Of a stretch of DNA of 64,000 bases, positions 1-13,187 are shown piece after piece. The position numbers and the translations under genes are program-made. The notes below the pieces were generated by a model that ran no database searches, was not told where the DNA came from, and was given only the letters and a program-made list of their open reading frames with translations. Origin of the DNA: Lophium mytilinum (Eukaryota); contig MU004197.1 of NCBI GenBank assembly GCA_010093605.1, forward strand, positions 1,488,707 through 1,552,706, given 5' to 3'. The first letter of the stretch is position 1. Every line of letters starts with the position of its first letter.

Positions 1-1300
1 TAACTAAGTTCTTTTTATATTATAGACCGCGACTATAGTCTATAATCTTACTTTTTCCTAAGAACCTCTATTAGAACCTTTACCTTTAAAGTAGCTAGAG
101 CCGCGCTTATTATTAAGGGTTTTATAGTTATTAAAACTATTATTATTATCTAAGAGTTCTTCTACGCGTATAGCGCGATTATTAAGATAAGGTACTAGAG
201 ATGCGTCTAATTAATAAGTAGTAAAGCCTAATTTATTAAGTTAATTTATAGAGTAGTATAGGTTTTAAGTAAAGTACTTAGAAAGATAGTAGTAGAAATA
301 CTTATCTTTCTTTATAAGTACTTCTTTATCGCCTTTATAGAGTTTATTAGAGGGGGCCTAGTTAGAGGGAGGTATAATCTTAATATTCTCTTAGGTTATA
401 GAGGCGGTAGCTATAGTTAAAGGGCGTAGAGTATAGTTATAGTTATAATTATAATTATAGTTACGCTAATTATAGTTATTATAGTTATAATTATTGCAAT
501 TAAAGCCTTAGGGCTAGTTATAGTTAAAGTTACTAAAGCTATAGTTATTACTAGGTTATATACTTTTATTAATACTATTATTATAGAGCTATTTATATAT
601 AGCATTAATATACTATAGACTAGTAGTAAAGCCTTTACCTAAAATAGCGCCGGTAATAATATCTAGATAGAGTTTTTACTTAAGATTATAGATATTATTA
701 TAGCCTCTATAGCCTAGAAGGTAGATTATATATAATTTTATTAGTTTCTATATATAGTTAGGTATTATACTACTTATCTAGATAAGCTTATAAAGCTTAT
801 TCTTAGTAGTACTAATCTTATTAAAGTTATTATATTAGAAGTCTAAGAATATAATAGCTTTCTAGATAGTAAGAAAAAGCTAGTAGCTATCTTACTAGGC
901 GCGGAAGCCTTTAAGAGGTATGCCCGTAAAACGCTTACTAAAATAGGTAAGATATAAGAGTTTACTAGATCTTATAGTATAGCTACTATAGTTAACTTTA
1001 TTTAGAAATCTATAATAGAACTTAGAGTACTTATCTTTATTATCTTTAAACTTATTTAGATAGAGCTAGAACTTATCTTCTATATAAGGAACTCTATTTA
1101 GAGTAATACTAAGATTTTAATAATCTTTAGATATCTTAATATAGGGGTCTTAGTAAGGGTAGTAGTAATAGCTTATATTTTATAACTATAAGTATAAGTA
1201 TAAAAGTAAGTATTAATAAGAGTAATACTTATAAGAGTAGTTATAATAATAAGATAGACTATAGATATAATTATAGTAATAAAAAGAGCTTCTATTATTA
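1..1300 (-). mobile_element. Remnant of a second LTR retrotransposon (gag region), RIP-mutated, running off the left edge
   Basis: Minus strand ~345-250 reads KLYKGDKEVLIKKDKYFYYYLSKYFT*NLYYS. Reversing only G>A/C>T changes gives LMKE(G/D)KCFxCxLPGHFARDPxCP, a gag-type CCHC knuckle. Boundaries are uncertain. Confidence 0.45.
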
Positions 1301-3590
1301 GATAAGGGCGGGCTAGAGTTATAGTAACTGCGTACGTGCTCTATAGTGCGGTAAGCTTAATTTTTATTACTTATATATTCTATAGTATAGTAAGATTAAT
1401 TAGTATTATAGCTATTAGTATTATAATCTACTAAGGGGCTATTATCTACTTATACTTCTTCTAATTTAATTACCCTGTTAAGGGAGGTAAGTAGATCTTT
1501 AGCCGCTGTAGTAATAGAGTTTTAAAGTAGTAGAGGTATAATAAAATAGGTTAGATAAAGTACTATAGATATTATAGAAGCGGCTTATATAGTTAGCGCG
1601 GGTATAATAGTATACTAGAGCGTCTATAGTATCTTAATTTTATTTTCTAATATAGTAAGATAAGTATTATATTTATATTTATTCTTAGCTACTTAAGTAA
1701 GATTAGCTATAAGGCGCTTAATAATCTTTTCTTACTCTATAGATTACTTATTAGCTTAAATATAGTTCTTCTACTAGGCTTTAATATCTATATTAAGAGA
1801 AGTAATTATATTCTTATAGGTATAGAGTTTATTTTTATACTCTTCTAGTTTAGTTTTAATATTAAGTAGGTGTTTAAGTTTCTTATATATAGCTTCTAAC
1901 TTATTATTCTTTTTATTATATTTATTCTTAAGAACTCTAATCTTATCTTAGAGGTTATACTGCGCTTTCTAGTTATTCTTATATATTTACTAGAGAATCT
2001 TAGTTATAGCTTAATAGCTTCTAAGAATATAGAAGAAGTAGATAGAGTTAGCTTAGACTTATATAAGAAAGTCTTAAGAGTCTATAATTTTAATTGCGCC
2101 GTTAAACTACTTATTACTAGAAAGAAGTAAATAGTCTAGAAATTTAGTAATATTATTAATAGTATTAAGAAATATGCCTAGGTTACGGCCCTAGCTAGAA
2201 GTATAGTACTTAATAATAGAGCTATAGATTATTAGGTCTAGGGTATATATAGAATTATTAATATTATTATCTTTAGTAGTGTCTTTATTCTAGATAAGCT
2301 AATTTTCTTTCTCTTAAGTAGGCTACTAAGTATTATCTATATATATTATTTAAGTAGACTATTAGGTATCTTCTTTAGTTAGCTTTTAAAGGGGCGCGCT
2401 CTTTAGAGTCTTATAAAAAGACTTAGAGGGCGCGTAGAACTATAGATAAGATAGTAGAAAGTAGAAGGCTAGTTATAAGCTACTACGCCTAGAATATCTA
2501 GGTTCTATTCTAGCGCCTAGTAGAGGCGGTAGATTACTTATTATAAAGAATATAGTAATAGCGCTTAGTAAGGTAGAGTAGTATAGCTATATACTCTTTA
2601 GTATTATATATATAGTTTATATAGATACGCCTTACTAAGCTATTAAATAGCTTAGTAAATAAGAATTAAGGTATAAGAGTTAAAGTAGTAATAGTAAAAA
2701 AGAATTAGTACTAGTTAGAGTATTAATATAACCTAATATTATAGTTATAGTATAGAGAAGCTTAGTATATATAAAGTAACTAGATAGATTAATTTTAAAA
2801 GGTTATATAAAAAGTAGAAAGAGAGGCTTCTAGGTAGAAACTATATACATAGAGAAGAGAGGTATATAGGCGCTAGGCGGGCTAGTATATAGGCGGCGCT
2901 AGGTAATATAATAGGTATAGAGGTAGAAGGCCGGTAATAAATAAATATATAACTAAAGGGTAGAGTATAATCTATTATAGAAAGAACTCTATAAGAATAT
3001 TATTAATTAGGCTAAAGATAGAGCTCTAATTACTAGTATTATTAGCTATAGTATTATTAGCTATAGTATTATAAAGATAGTAATTAATAGTATATAGAGT
3101 CTAAAAGAAGAAAAGAGTTAAAAAAAAGATAAGAATATATAGAAAAAATAAATAATAGCTATTAAGCTTTACTATATAACTTTACTCTATACTAATACTT
3201 AAGCTATAGATTATCTACTAGCGCTAATACTTAAGCTTTAGTCTAGAAAGTATATAAAAAATAGTAATACTAAAATAGTAATACTAAAATAGTAATACTA
3301 TATATAGAGTATATATTAAATAGAAAGGCTATATAAAGTATATACTTAGGCCTTCTTCTCTATCTACTTCTTCTTCTTAACTTACTTCTTTTTAATCTAG
3401 ATATTAGTATTACCTCTCTTATATATATCTAGCTCTATCTAGATTCTATCTATCTTCTCTTTTATATAGTATACTTCTCTAGCTATATAATAGAACTACT
3501 TTTAGATAAAGTAATTATACTAGCTTAGCTTAATAGTAGCTCTTAGAAAGTTACTAAAGTTATAATAGAGTAGATAGAGGTAGTAGTAAT

Positions 3591-3811
3591 TATTATAGCC
3601 GTAATGTAACCCTTATCGTAATACATTCCTATTATAGGTAACGGCGTTACGTGGCCTCTATTACGTGCCACCGTTACCTAACCACGCTTAGCGCTAGCCT
3701 CGCCTACCTCTCGGCCGGCGCTCCGCACCCTACTCTCTCTTTTTATAGCTACTTTATTATATACTTAATACTATCTAGTTTTCTATTATAATTTTATATT
3801 ACACTATAATA
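3591..3811 (+). repeat. 5' LTR
   Basis: Aligns without gaps to 11650-11870; the differences seen are C/T or G/A transitions. Termini TATT...AATA are consistent with RIPped TG...CA. Confidence 0.95.
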
Positions 3812-4899
3812 TAAAGTAGCTACCCTTCTAGCTTCTAGAAGATATTAAAAGTACTTTTTTTATCTACCTATCTATATATATATATACTGGCGCCCCTATA
3901 GCTACTAAAATTTAATTCCTATAACCTTTATTAATAAGAAACTAATATAGAAGAAAACCCTATAATCTTAGAAGGCCCTATAACCTTATAGTAAGAACGC
4001 TACACCCTATTATCTATACCTAACGCGCAGGCCCTATAAACCTACTTACTATCGCGCCTCTACCCGCGCACGCGTAAACTAACTAAAACTAGCGTAGTTA
4101 TTATTATTTACTAATTAGCTCTACTGCTAAGAACGGCGCTAGGCGCTTACTACTAAGAAGCGTACTAGCTACGCCTACTTACTAGCTTTTATAAAGGCCC
4201 TATAACCTTTCTACCTATACTAATCTTTTTCTTTATCTATCTACTAGGATACTATCTACTATTACCTAACTAGTAATAGTTAACTAGCGCAACCCTTTAA
4301 TACTAGTTTCTTCTTATTTAAGACCCTATAAGTAGAATTAACTGCCTATAATACTAAGTTATAGTAAATATACTACAGCGCATTTAAAAGCTCCCTCTAG
4401 CGGTGTATACACTAATAAGAGTAGTAATACTAACCTATATCCTGCCCTTAATAGCTAAGCTACCTAGTTAATACTAGCCTCTAACTCTTAGTAAGTATAA
4501 TAAGAGACCTAATACGCTAAAGCCTTATATAAAAAGGCAGGTAAATTATCTTAATATAGTATTAGTTCTACCCTAGAGTAGCTAGCCGCTTATAGTAAAC
4601 TCTATATACTAAAGGCTAGTACTATTAAACTAGGTGCAGCCGTAGCCTATAGCCGCCTCTAGCTAACTACTATTCTCTAGCGCAGTAAGCGCTCTCTTAA
4701 TCTAGAGAATAAAGAGTTCTATATTACCTCTAATAAGAAAGATAATAAATAGCTAGACTAGAAGCTTAATAAACTTAATAAAAAAGATAATACCTAATTC
4801 TAGTTAGCTATAGACCTCTAGAAAGTAGTCTACTTTACTTAAGGCGACCTTCTTAATATATAGAATAATAATGTTCCTGCCAGCCTAGTCCTTTTATTT

Positions 4900-6700
4900 A
4901 TTTAGGAAGCCTAGCGCACTAAGAACTATAATAATAACCTACCTCCCTTAGTATAGAGCCCCTCCGGGCTAACTATAGTTATATTATTATAACCTAACCC
5001 GGAGTTACCTATACTAGGCGCATTAGAACACCGCAACTTTAACTATTATAAGTTATACTTTACTATAATAGCCGAAGGTATTATATTCCACGTTAATTAT
5101 AATAGAATAGCTAACGCCGTTAATATTAACCTTAACTCCGCTAAAGTATTCTATAACGCAGTTTCTAAGTACTATAAAGATATATACTATAGAGTTACTA
5201 TATTCTAGTAGAACCTAGAATTACTTTAAGAGGACTACTAAGCCCGGGATATAGAGTTAACTACTCTTTATAACTAGGCTTAAGACCTAAATAAGATCTT
5301 ACGCTTGCAAGCTAAAGTCGCCTAGCTAAATAAGAATATTGCGCGTCTTTAATTAGAAAATAAGAAGGCGTATACTAAGTATAATTAATAGTTTATAATA
5401 GAATATAAGGCTTATAAAGCTAAGATTCTTCTACTTAGTAAAGCACGCCTAGAGATTAAAGCTCTCTATTAAAACATTGCTATAGCGTAATAGAATTTAA
5501 ATTAACTATAAACCTAGCGTAACTACTTTAAGAATCTTAGTCTTATATATAAGCGGCAGTATACTAACTTAAAAGTAAATAGAATAGTAATATTAGCGCC
5601 CGTATAAGTACGCCGCGCTGCCGCTGCTACCGCAGGCAATCTTAACTACAACTTAGCGGACGATAATAATAATAACGCTAATTACAACAACTTTGCTATT
5701 ATAGATAATAACGCTATAGCCTAGATTACCTATCTATAGCTTAATAGAGACTATAAGCCTAAATTCTATAACCTCTAGAAATTTACTAGTAAGAGTAATA
5801 AGTACTAATACCTATCTTAGAAGAGCTATACCTACGCTATCTTCTAATATAAAGGGCTGGCCTACCTAGATAAATAGAGTAAAATAGAATACATTAAGTT
5901 ATACTACGTTAATTACGCGGAATTAATTATTCGCGGCTATACCTAGTTTAAGAAGCCCTTACTAAATAAGAACTTTAAGACTCTTAACTAGATATTTACT
6001 TATATAAACCTATATTTTACTATCTTTAATAAACCCGCGTATATAGATAATATTCTCTATAGTAATAGAGTAAAGATAAAGAACTATAAGATATAGAATA
6101 TATATATATTACGCTTTAAAGAAATAACTAACATTAATAATAAAAATAAGATACTCTTTACTTCTAAGAAGGGATAGCTTAAATATCTTCTACATCCTAA
6201 GCTTAGCTGTTAGGTATTCGGCAGCGCTAATAGCTACTAGAATTAGCCCACACTTATAGCTGCGGTATTCCGCGCTAAAGCCTTTCTTTAGAATAGCGCT
6301 TAGTATAATACTATCTAACCTACTTAATTATCTAGTTTCTATAATAGCTATATAAACAACTATAATAGCTATAGTAATAACTACTTAAGTAACTACTAAC
6401 TAAATAACTACTAGAACCGCCGACCTAAATAGAACTATAGATAGAAATTATCTACTTCTAATAACAATAGTAAGAATTAAGGTAACTACGCTATTTACCT
6501 TCCTCTATTAGTTATATTAGTTCTACGCACTAAGAGCTACTACTTCTACTATATTAAGAAAGGTTACTAAGCTAATAACTCTAAGCGCTCTTATGCTAAT
6601 AACCCCCCTCTATCTAAGCGCAAGCTAACTAAGCGCCTATCTAAGGCTAAGAGCAGCCTTAACCTTAAGCTCTCTATAATCTACTATATTAATAAGGATA
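4900..6700 (+). pseudogene. gag remnant of the Gypsy element
   Basis: Degenerate knuckle near 6541-6595 (YFYYIKKGY*ANN, interpreted as CFxCxEKGHxAND before RIP); lies upstream of pol. Bounds are approximate. Confidence 0.6.
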
Positions 6701-6999
6701 GTTTTAATAACCTAATATCTATTAATAGTAATAGAGAGGACCTTACTATTATTACTTACGCTAATAAACTCTTATCTTCCAGCGTCCTTAGCGATAGCAG
6801 CAGCCCCGATAATAGTAAGGGAGAGGGTTTTATATAGGCTCTAACTATAGTTATAGATAGAGCTATATAGAATTCTTTCTAAGTACTATTATAGCCTGCA
6901 TCTAAGAGTTAGAACGGCCGCCTTCTAAGCCTAATAAAATCCAGCTATTAGCTTACTCTACTAACTTAACTTAAGATATTACTTATAGTAAGCAGTTAA

Positions 7000-9900
7000 A
7001 TTTTAAGTATAGAATTTATATATCTATTAGTATAACTAATAGCTGCTGCCTTATAGACACGGGCTACTTCTACTTTATATTTATCTTATAATTATACGCT
7101 AAAGTTAATAAGCTAATAATACTACTACTAGCTACTTCTATTTCTCTACGCTTAGCTAATAGTATATCTATAAAGCTTGTAACCTATAAGGCCTAGCTTA
7201 CGCTATTCTTAGAAGCTTACACGGAGAATATATAGTATTATATTACTAACCTTAAGGGCTATAATATTATCTTAGGCATACTATAGTTTAAGAAACATAA
7301 GCCTAATATTATATAGGGCGAGCACGCTCTTAATTTTAATAAGGACTTCTACTATAATTATTATCTATATATAGATAGATACAGACGCATATAGAGTAAT
7401 AGTAAAGACTATAATATTATCTAAGTAGGTAAGTATATATATAATACTATACTTTAAGAAGTCTTTAATAAGTATTAAAAACTTAGCCTAGAACTAGATA
7501 AGGTAAAAGATATAATAGCAGCCTACTAAAAGCTCTAGTGCAACGGTAAGAAAGACTATATTATCTAACTCTAGGATAATAATTAGGTAAAACTATAATA
7601 AATAGAGGATTATAAACGCTATTAGCCTTAGCCTATAACTTATCCTCTATAAATATCTACCCTAGAAATAGATCCAGCTCTATATAGCCTTGCTAAACTT
7701 AATAATATCTTTAATAACGCGTAGATAGCTGCTTTTACCGCTAATATATTTACTATTAACCCTTCTAATTACTAGAAGTTCTTTAAGAAGATAAATTAGC
7801 CTCTAATTACTAATAAAGAGATTAAGGAGTTACTTTCTAATTAGCTACACTATATAGTAGATGCATAGGATCCCTATAAAGCTAATAAGCTTCCACCTTA
7901 TTAACTAATAGACTATGTAATTAACGTCCTCCCTAATTTTAAGCCGCCTGCCCGGAAAGTATACGGCCTTTTAAGAGATTAAGCCGCCATTATTAAAGCC
8001 TTTATTAATAAAATGCGCGCTAAAGGTTTTATTTATCTAAGCTCCTCCTTCTATGCTGCACTAACCCTAGTTATTAAGAAACTAGGTAGAGGACTCCGCG
8101 TTTATATTAATTACTATAGTCTTAATAAGATTAGCATTAAAAGCTGTAATATACTACCGCTTATAAAAGACACTCTTATACTACTAGCTAAAGCTAAGTA
8201 TTATACTAAGCTTAATGTAATTAGTGCATTTAATACACTTAGAATTAAAGAAGGTAATAAGTATAAAATAGCTTTTCTTACGCGCTGGGGACTATTTAAA
8301 TTTATAGTACTTCCGTTTAGACTATATAATGCACCTAGCTCTTTCTAGGCCTATATTAATAATACCTTATAAGAGCACCTTAATAACTTCTATACTATAT
8401 ATATAGATAACGTCTTAATATATAGTAATATACTAGAAGAATATAAGGCGCATGTTCTTATAATTATTACTAAGCTCCGCAACGCTAGCCTATTTCTTAA
8501 CATTTATAAATGCGAATTCGCCGTTAATAAAGTTAAATATCTTAGTATACTTATTAGCGTTAACGGCGTTTAAATAGATCTAGCTAAAGTCTAGACTATA
8601 CTTAACTAGCTAACGCCATGGAATCTTAAGAACATCTAGGCCTTTCTAGAATTCTATAACTTCTACTATTACTTTATTATAGACTACTCCGCGTTTATAG
8701 CTCTACTAATAACGCTAACCTCTACTATATAAAAGAGTTTTAAGTTTCTATAGCTAGATAATAGCGATAAAGCTAAGGCCTTCTATAATATTAAGAAATA
8801 TTTTTGCGTAGCTCTATAGCTTATACTATAGAACCCCAACTATAATACCTAGGTTAAATATAATTCCTCTAACTATATAATAGCCGCCGTGCTATTATAG
8901 GTCTAGCCTAATAGAACGCTTTATCTAGTTACCTTTATATTATAATATATAATACTATAATAGATTAACTACGCCATCTATAATAAAGAGCTTCTTGCTA
9001 TAGTACTCGCCTTTAAAGAATAGAGACTAGAGCTCGCCGAATAAGAATAGAAATATAATAGCCCTATTAATATTATTTTAGATTATAAGAACCTTTAAAT
9101 ATTTATAACCTCTAAGCGCCTTAATTATTAACAAGCTTACTAGGCTAAGTTTCTAGCTAAGTTTAACTTTAAGATTATATATAAACTAGGTAAGTAGAAT
9201 AAAAAGCCTAACCTGCTAACCTAATAACTAGGTAATAAACTAGCCCTAGGAGATAATAGGTATAAGTATTAAGAATAAGTTATACTAAAGCTATCTAACT
9301 ATAAGCTAGAAATGTATTACGCTATTAAGCTTATATATATTCTTACTAATACGCTTAAATATACTCTAGTTAAACTAGCCGAGATAATATATAACTTTAG
9401 CAAATTTAATTACCTAGATAATAATAATAACGTCTAACTAGTAGTAGTTACGCGTATACGCCCTCCGCCCGCAGCTCTAGATAAGCTAAATAACTCTAGA
9501 CCACGCGTTTACATAAGGGGCCGCCCTAAGAAATTAACTACGCCTATAGCTTCTTAAATAGCAGCTACACTAGATAAGATAAATAACTCTAGCTAAGCTC
9601 GCCTATAAGGACGCCCTAAGAAAAATAAGACACCCCTAGTAGATAAGCTATATAATTCTACTATTAAGAAACTGCCTATAGATAATAAGCTAAATAATTT
9701 ATCTTATAAAATAGTTTTTATAGGTAATTAAATTCTTTAAAGGATCTAAAAGTATTCTAAAGGCAACCCTATTATATAAGCTATTAAGTACGCTAAACGC
9801 CGTAACTAATAATAACTGCCTGCGCAGTTCTATTAAGATTATTACTTATAAATAGAACTAGGCGACTGTAAAGTTATTAATAACCTCCTCTATATCTGTA

Positions 9901-11350
9901 AGCGGCTCTACGTTCCGGACATTAAATAACTACGCACTTATATTATACGCTTAATGCATAAACCTAAACTAGCTAGACACGCTAGAATAATATTAACTTA
10001 TGCACGACTTTATAAGCACTATTATTAGCCTTAGTTAACGTTCTTTATTAACTAATACGTTGGCGCCTATTTCGCCTGCAAGAGATTAAAGCACTCTTAA
10101 GAGGGTAAATAAGAACTACTTCGCCCTCTACCTATTCTAGATAGATACTAGCACTATATTTTAATTAACTTTATTACTCCTCTACTAATCTATAAATAAT
10201 AGGGTTGCAAGCTTAAATATATTATAGTAGTAGTTAATTAGTTCTCTAAAAAGAGGAAGTTTATAGCTATAGACTCTATAGAAGCTAAAGACGTTACTTA
10301 GGCGTTTATTAAATAGATCTAGCGCGAAGAAGAATATCTATACTCTATTGTTTCTAACCGCGGACTATAATTTATATTGCACTTTTAGAAATAACTATGC
10401 GCCCGAGTTAGAATAAAGCTAAAACTTTCTACTACTTTTTATCTAGAAATGGACGGTTAGACTAAAATTATAAATATAGCGCTTAAATAGTATCTACGCG
10501 CCTACATTAACTATAAATAGGATAACTAGGTAGATCTTTTACCTATCGCTAAATTTAAAGTAAATTTAGATAAGATAACTACTAGCATGTCCCCTTTTAT
10601 TACTATAAAAGGATATAACTCTTACTCTAGTCTTAAACTAGCTAATAACTCCGTAGTTAAAGAACTATAGAAACCCCTAAGAGAAAAAGCTAACGCGCTT
10701 ACTAAGTAACTAAATAATCTTTACCTCTTCCTTTATAACAAGTTAATATAGGTTTAAGCTAGATAAGAAGAATTTACTAATTAAAAATAAAAGCCGGCTA
10801 TAGAGTTTAAAGTTAGTAACTAAGTTATACTTAACGCCTGTAATATTAAGACCTAACGCCTAAATAAGTTACTTAACTATAAATAGCTTAGTCTATTTAA
10901 GGTTACTAGAGTTATTAATAACGCCGCTTATAAGTTGTCCCTGCTATATACTATAAAGGGAGTCTTTAACGCCTTCTACCTATAGCTACTTTATTATATT
11001 ACGCATAAACTATTAGAAGGTTAGATCTAGAAAGAACCTAGACCCGTTAAAATTAATAAAGAAGGCTATAAGTAATAGAATATTAATAAAATTATTAACT
11101 TATATATTAATAAGGCTATACTTAACCTAGCTATAAACTAAAAAGGCCTGCTTTAGTATAAGATTCTCTATACCAGTCACCCTAAATAGAACGCTAATTC
11201 TTAATAGAAGTTCTATACTAGTATTACTAACTACTATAATATTATTATAGACTATTACTATATCTACCTAAAAGTAAAAGGACCTTATAAGTTCTTCTAG
11301 AAATCTAAACACTAGAAGCTACTACTCGCTCTAATTATAATAACGCTCTA
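7000..11350 (+). pseudogene. pol remnant (protease, reverse transcriptase, RNase H, integrase, chromodomain)
   Basis: ORF 8013-8348 is RT-like (GLRVYINY, KIAFLTRWGLFKFIVLPFRLYNAP). YIDN at 8400-8411 is the RIPped YxDD. RNase H-like NYAIYNKELLAI at ~8967-9002. Integrase SIVSNRGL*F at ~10344 and MDG*TK at ~10450. Chromodomain-like segment at ~11076-11220. Many TAA/TAG stops. Confidence 0.92.
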
Positions 11351-11649
11351 TAGATAACGCCTATTCCCTGCCTTACTAACCTAACTAGCACTAGTTAGCT
11401 AAGCTATTATTAACTATATTAAATAACACTGCACCGCGTAGACTGCGCAATAAAGCTTAGTAATGCACGTAAGATTAACTATATTACTAACCTTATATCT
11501 AAGGCTTAGTAAGTACCTACTATAACCTAGAAGAATAATAAGCCCTTTATATAACTATAAAATTAACTAAAGAAGAACTACTCTATAGTAAGTATATATA
11601 CTAGAATAGAAAGGCTGCATATATATAGCTTTCTTTTAGAGGGGGGTAG

Positions 11650-11870
11650 TATTATAGCTATAACGCGACCCTTATTATAATATATTTCTATTATAGGTAA
11701 TAGCGTTATATAGCCTCTATTACGTGCCACCGTTATCTAACTACGCTTAGCGCCAGCCTTACCTACCTCTCGGCCGGCGCTCCGCGCCCTACTCTCTCTT
11801 CTTATAGCTACTTTATTATATACTTAATACTATCTAGTTTTCTATTATAATTCTATATTATACTATAATA
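11650..11870 (+). repeat. 3' LTR
   Basis: Copy of 3591-3811, preceded by the purine tract at ~11638-11646 and followed by GTAAT. Confidence 0.95.
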
Positions 11871-13187
11871 GTAATAGTATTAGATTTATATCTTTAAAGT
11901 TATAAATATTAACTCTATTAGGTTAAAATTAGAGAAGTATAGCAGTAGATAGTATACTATATAGCCTTACGCCTAGATTACTAGTATAAGGGCTTTATTA
12001 GTATATATTTCTATATTATCTAAAATAATAACCTTAAAGCGCCCTTTAAACTTACCTTTAATTACTAGTAGAAAAGTAGTAATAACCTAGCTATAGAATT
12101 TCTTAGTATTAAAGTAGCCCTTTTATATATCTATATATAGTAGCTAACCTTCTATACTTATTACTATATATATACTCTATATCTTTCTATATATTATATT
12201 TATATTATACTATACTAGGCTTCTAATAGGCGCGTATATATAGTAGCACTAGCTAGTCTTTTTATTAAAGATAGACTTATTAAGAAAGATAAGATTCTCT
12301 AGATTATAGTAGCTAGTAGCCTTAAGGTACTTCTTCTATAGCTTCTTACTAGTATAGTTTAACTAGTATTAAGCCTCTTTTTTACTTTATCTATTTCTCT
12401 TAATTATATATAATACTATTAGCTATAAAGCTTTAATACTATACTCTAGATTAAGCTATATTATAATTTTATTTTAGTTATACTAGCCCTTCTTTAAAAG
12501 CTACTAAAGTACTACTATTTTATCTACTATTATAAGCCTTCTTAGCTATTCTATCTAGATAAGATTTAGCCTTATAGGTATACTATACTAAAGTATATAG
12601 TTTTATATATTATAAACTATCTATAAAGTAATATAAATAGTATTAGTAATAAAATTAGTAGGCTAATTAAGCTAGAGAAGTTAGATAATATCTAGGTACT
12701 AAGAAGTAGATAATAAGTACTAATTCTAGTATTTAGTTTAAGCGCTAGCTATAAGAAGAATCTAGTAAAAGATTAAGTTATAGTTCTATACTAGAATACT
12801 AGAAAAAGTTAGTATATAGGCTCTAATATATATATAAAAGGCCTTACTAATAATTAATTTAGATATAATAAAATAGTATTAAAAATTATTAATTTCTATA
12901 CTATAATTCTATATATACTTATATAAATCTAGGTAGTATATATAGGGACTAGCGCTAAGCGCTAAACGCTTATTTAAATACAATAAATGCGACACTTATG
13001 CTAGCCTTGTCGCAACTTTAAATACGACCCTAAGAAATTCCTAGCCCTAAGTCTACGTCAGCTCTAAGTCTACGTCTCTTGTGCATGATCAGCTTGTTTA
13101 ACAGAGGTCTTTAGAGGCGCACCTATCTACACCTAAGCTAGAACTTTATTTTGCCTAGAATTTCTACAGTCTAGCAAGTCAGGCGCC

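Larger units (their letters stand above)
3591..11870 (+). mobile_element. Full-length Ty3/Gypsy (chromovirus) LTR retrotransposon, RIP-inactivated, 8280 bp
   Basis: Two 221-bp LTRs; GTAAT duplication at 3586-3590 and 11871-11875; polypurine tract AGAGGGGGG just before the 3' LTR; degenerate gag-PR-RT-RH-INT-chromo order. Confidence 0.95.
1..12960. repeat. AT-rich RIP-degenerated repeat block (isochore)
   Basis: Very AT-rich with abundant TpA (TAG/TAA/CTA/TAT) and scarce CpA/TpG; almost no long ORFs; abrupt change to balanced GC at ~12.96-13.15 kb. This is the classic repeat-induced point mutation signature. Confidence 0.95.

Noticed and set aside
417..605. 62-aa hydrophobic ORF
   Set aside because: Ile/Thr-rich artefact of RIP-mutated sequence; not a credible membrane protein.
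3031..3300. Short tandem repeats resembling CRISPR or telomere arrays
   Set aside because: Two to three copies of 14-15-bp AT-rich units without spacers or TTAGGG; eukaryotic DNA.
1300..3590. Identity of the host repeat around the Gypsy insertion (also 11876-12960)
   Set aside because: Too degraded; no convincing transposase motif or terminal repeat was found, so it is left unclassified.
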